Origin: Iphione sp. A-MEVVRFRX5
Taxonomy: Eukaryota
DNA length: 64,000 nucleotides
Direction of reading: 5' to 3'
Assembly: GCA_976226885.1 (NCBI GenBank)
Contig: OZ320322.1
Coordinates: 15,128,001-15,192,000 of the forward strand
The notes beneath the pieces were generated by a model. It worked only from the letters and a program-made list of their open reading frames with translations, searched no databases and was not told the DNA's origin. The translations under genes and the position numbers were made by a program. Positions 61,233-64,000 of the stretch are shown in pieces (position 1 is the first letter of the stretch; each line of letters opens with the position of its first letter).

Positions 61233-64000
61233 ATACCCTCCATCTATTTCAATAAGGAGCATTAATCCACTACAACTGAGATGGCAATTCTTAAAACCTA
61301 AGGAGGGTAAGGATAATACTGCAGATGGTGCAGTAGTAGTTTACTTGCCTCCTCAGCAGCCAGTTGGGGAGCATTATATAAGGGCCACTGGCAAGCCTCA
61401 GTCGCTCAGCTACTGCATGCCTAGCTGTATTAGATACACACTTACGTGGGCTAACTGACCACACACTCATCGGGGATGAGCAGAAGTAAAGCAAGGAAAT
61501 AAAGGGATCTACCACTCAGATGAGGGCAGCTAAGACAGTATCTGGTGAGTCAAGTGGTCTGCAACTCAAAATAACCATCACCACCAGGAGGCCAGGATGA
61601 TGCAGAGGATGAAGAATTCAGGTCTTAGTACCCTCCCCCAGACTAACTGAGAGACCTTGCCAATGACCGAATCGAACAGCTCTTGTATTCAATTTACCCA
61701 GAACTGCTCTCTTTCATGGACATGTTTCACCTGCCCTGTTTGAGTACTAGTCTGGTAAGCCAGGTATCACCACCATGTCAGCTTTTCAGTATATAAGTGG
61801 ACTATTCAATATGTACAGAATGGATTCATTACCATTTGATATAGCCAAGAAAGACATTATAGTACAAGTGAAGAAAATCTCATATGAGGCATTATACCAG
61901 CCATGCATCACCAAGGAAGTTGTGGGTGAAGTGTGGGATAGTGTCACTATGAAAAGACTTGTTCTGTCAGACAATTACACAACTCAGCTAGCATAAGGCC
62001 AAGTAATTAATGAGTAGTTCCAGGGCACAGTGGCAGCAGCAGCTACTCAGCCCTTTATTTGTTATCCTGAGTGGTTGCAGGGAAAACGCAAAAGAGATAC
62101 TTACAACCACATGGGAGAGTACCTAGTGTCGTGTGTGCATGTTTGATTGTGTTCTGTTTAGGCGATCCACATCATGGGATCTGTTTCAAATCTGACACAG
62201 ATTATACTATGCAGATAGGTATTGCATAATAAGGTAACTATGACATATATGTATATATAACACAACAGGAGTTTTGTAGCTACATTAAGAATGGATTACA
62301 CATTCTCCTCCAGTCCAAACATATGCCTAGACAGAATGTCTATTTTTTGCTACTATTATGTAGTCATGTAGTATATAAGTGTACATGTTTTCCTGAATAA
62401 ACCCTTTCTCCTTGACCTCCTGAGAGAGACCACCCCTCGCACAACTATTTCATGTCTTTGGAGTGAACCAGATTCTTTATTTTGTTATTTGTTCAAATCT
62501 ACTATCTGCCAATGCTCTCCTAGACTAAGACATGTTACACAATTTTCTCTAGCATGTCCATGCATCTATTATTTCACCATTTACAAGAATCTAGACCACT
62601 AGCTGGAGGCCTGGAGGAAGAGGAGACACCTGATAAAGGAGGACAATGGGCAGTGCATCATCAAAGATGATGGACCAAGCACCTCAGCCATAGTGGGATA
62701 CCCAGAAGCAGCAAGATGGTTCGCAGGATTAGTTGAATCTGACTACAATGACCTACTAAGCCATCCTCCTTAATGAACTGTCCAAATAGATCCCCGATAT
62801 CAATTATTTTTCAGAATTCCCTCCAAACCAGGATAGCAATGTATCATGTTTTGTGTAACTTCCCCCTCCCATCTTGAATTGCTGTAAAGGAGGGAGGCAA
62901 AAATTTATTGTGTGGTTAGGATGAGAGAGAGCCATAATATGTTAGAAGCAAGAGTACCTGTATAGACCACACCAAATCTTCCAGCATGGCAGGAACTGTT
63001 ATCACCTCTTTACCCTATTTACCCTTCATAAAATAAGTGAATTTTGTGTAACTATCTGAAATATGGTTTCTGCATTGGGCCTGAGATTTGTGCCTGAACC
63101 AACAGTGTGTCAGCAGCAGAATATCCCCAGCATGTTACCCACTATATTGAATTGAATTGAATTGAGTGAAATTTTATTTCTGACAATCGCCACCTAAAGG
63201 CGGTATAGTTTGTACAGAAACATTGAAGTTATACAATTACATACAATGGCAGTAAGTCAAACAAAAGTAAATTTTAATATTTATGTGGAGATACATTTGG
63301 AAGATACACTCAAATCAGTAGTTGATTGACAGTTTTTTAGTAACACATCAAGTTTATTCCATACATCGTACCTGTTGTAGATTGAAGACATTTTTTAATT
63401 CAAACCTGAGTGTTATTTGTTTGAAATGTTTGTCATCTTGATGATGTAACATCGTGTTTTTTACTGATGGCAATAGACTAAGACTAACCATTTTGTGTAA
63501 TAGTTCAATAGTGAATAGATCCATTCTCCTTTTACACTCATTTTTTCATATTTCAAATGTCAATTTTGTACAAATAAATTGTCAAATACAAGATTCTAGT
63601 CATGTGTACATTCCATTTTTAAATAATAGTTCAAAATCTATTTTGTATTCTTTGAGGCTGTTCACGTTCTCTCCGATTATAAAAAGATAAGAAGGTGATT
63701 GAATGATCTTAGTGTGGGCGTACACAGCATTTATACAGTAATAAACAATCTCATGGTCTCAAGTAAGTTCTAACCTTGTTAAGAACATACAGCTTTTTGT
63801 TGTAAGTAATTTTAATTTGAGCCAATTCACCATCAAACTTCAATTTTGAGTCAATCATTATACCTAACTACTGAAGCTGCTGGTATAATGAACTTCTTCA
63901 TTAAGCATATATATTGGTTCCTTTAGGATGTTATTCTTTTCCGTACCAGGCCATACTGTTAAGATGTTACTGTTTTTCGATTTTTTAGACAACACCATCA

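Noticed and set aside
61640-62770. Short coding-like frames right of element C
   Set aside because: No recognisable domain or consistent splice pattern
63866-63955. Candidate upstream exon of the WSC gene
   Set aside because: Plausible acceptor but weak donor, and no signal peptide or domain support

Overview
Animal genomic DNA, probably a non-insect invertebrate, made up mostly of nested retroelements in and around one minus-strand host gene. The host gene has six recognisable exons (50143 down to 14935), encodes two tandem WSC domains, and has a ~30 kb TE-filled intron. (A) A young, complete, env-bearing Gypsy/Metaviridae provirus at 1563-11855: 546-bp LTRs with 8 differences, CTGT TSD, tRNA-His PBS, plus an extra upstream ORF, a TM micro-ORF and antisense ORF remnants. 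An older minus-strand relative (A2, ~37165-46898) is interrupted by other elements. (B, B2, C) Three tRNA-Leu-type Gypsy elements each carry, downstream of pol, a homologous accessory ORF with two C2H2 zinc fingers and a shared unrecognised C-terminal domain. Two of them also carry a divergent antisense region with intron-like splice signals. C is bounded by LTRs and an ATAC TSD and holds a piggyBac-type MITE. Two divergent CR1-group LINEs share an unusual three-ORF layout: ORF1 fused to a NADAR (YbiA-like) domain, a separate SGNH-esterase-like ORF, then APE-RT. There is also a 5'-truncated RTE with a 10-bp TSD and a Penelope-like relic. The strongest candidates for novelty are the NADAR-carrying LINEs and the zinc-finger accessory module with its GGGACCC motif array. 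All domain calls are by eye from motifs; no database searches were run.
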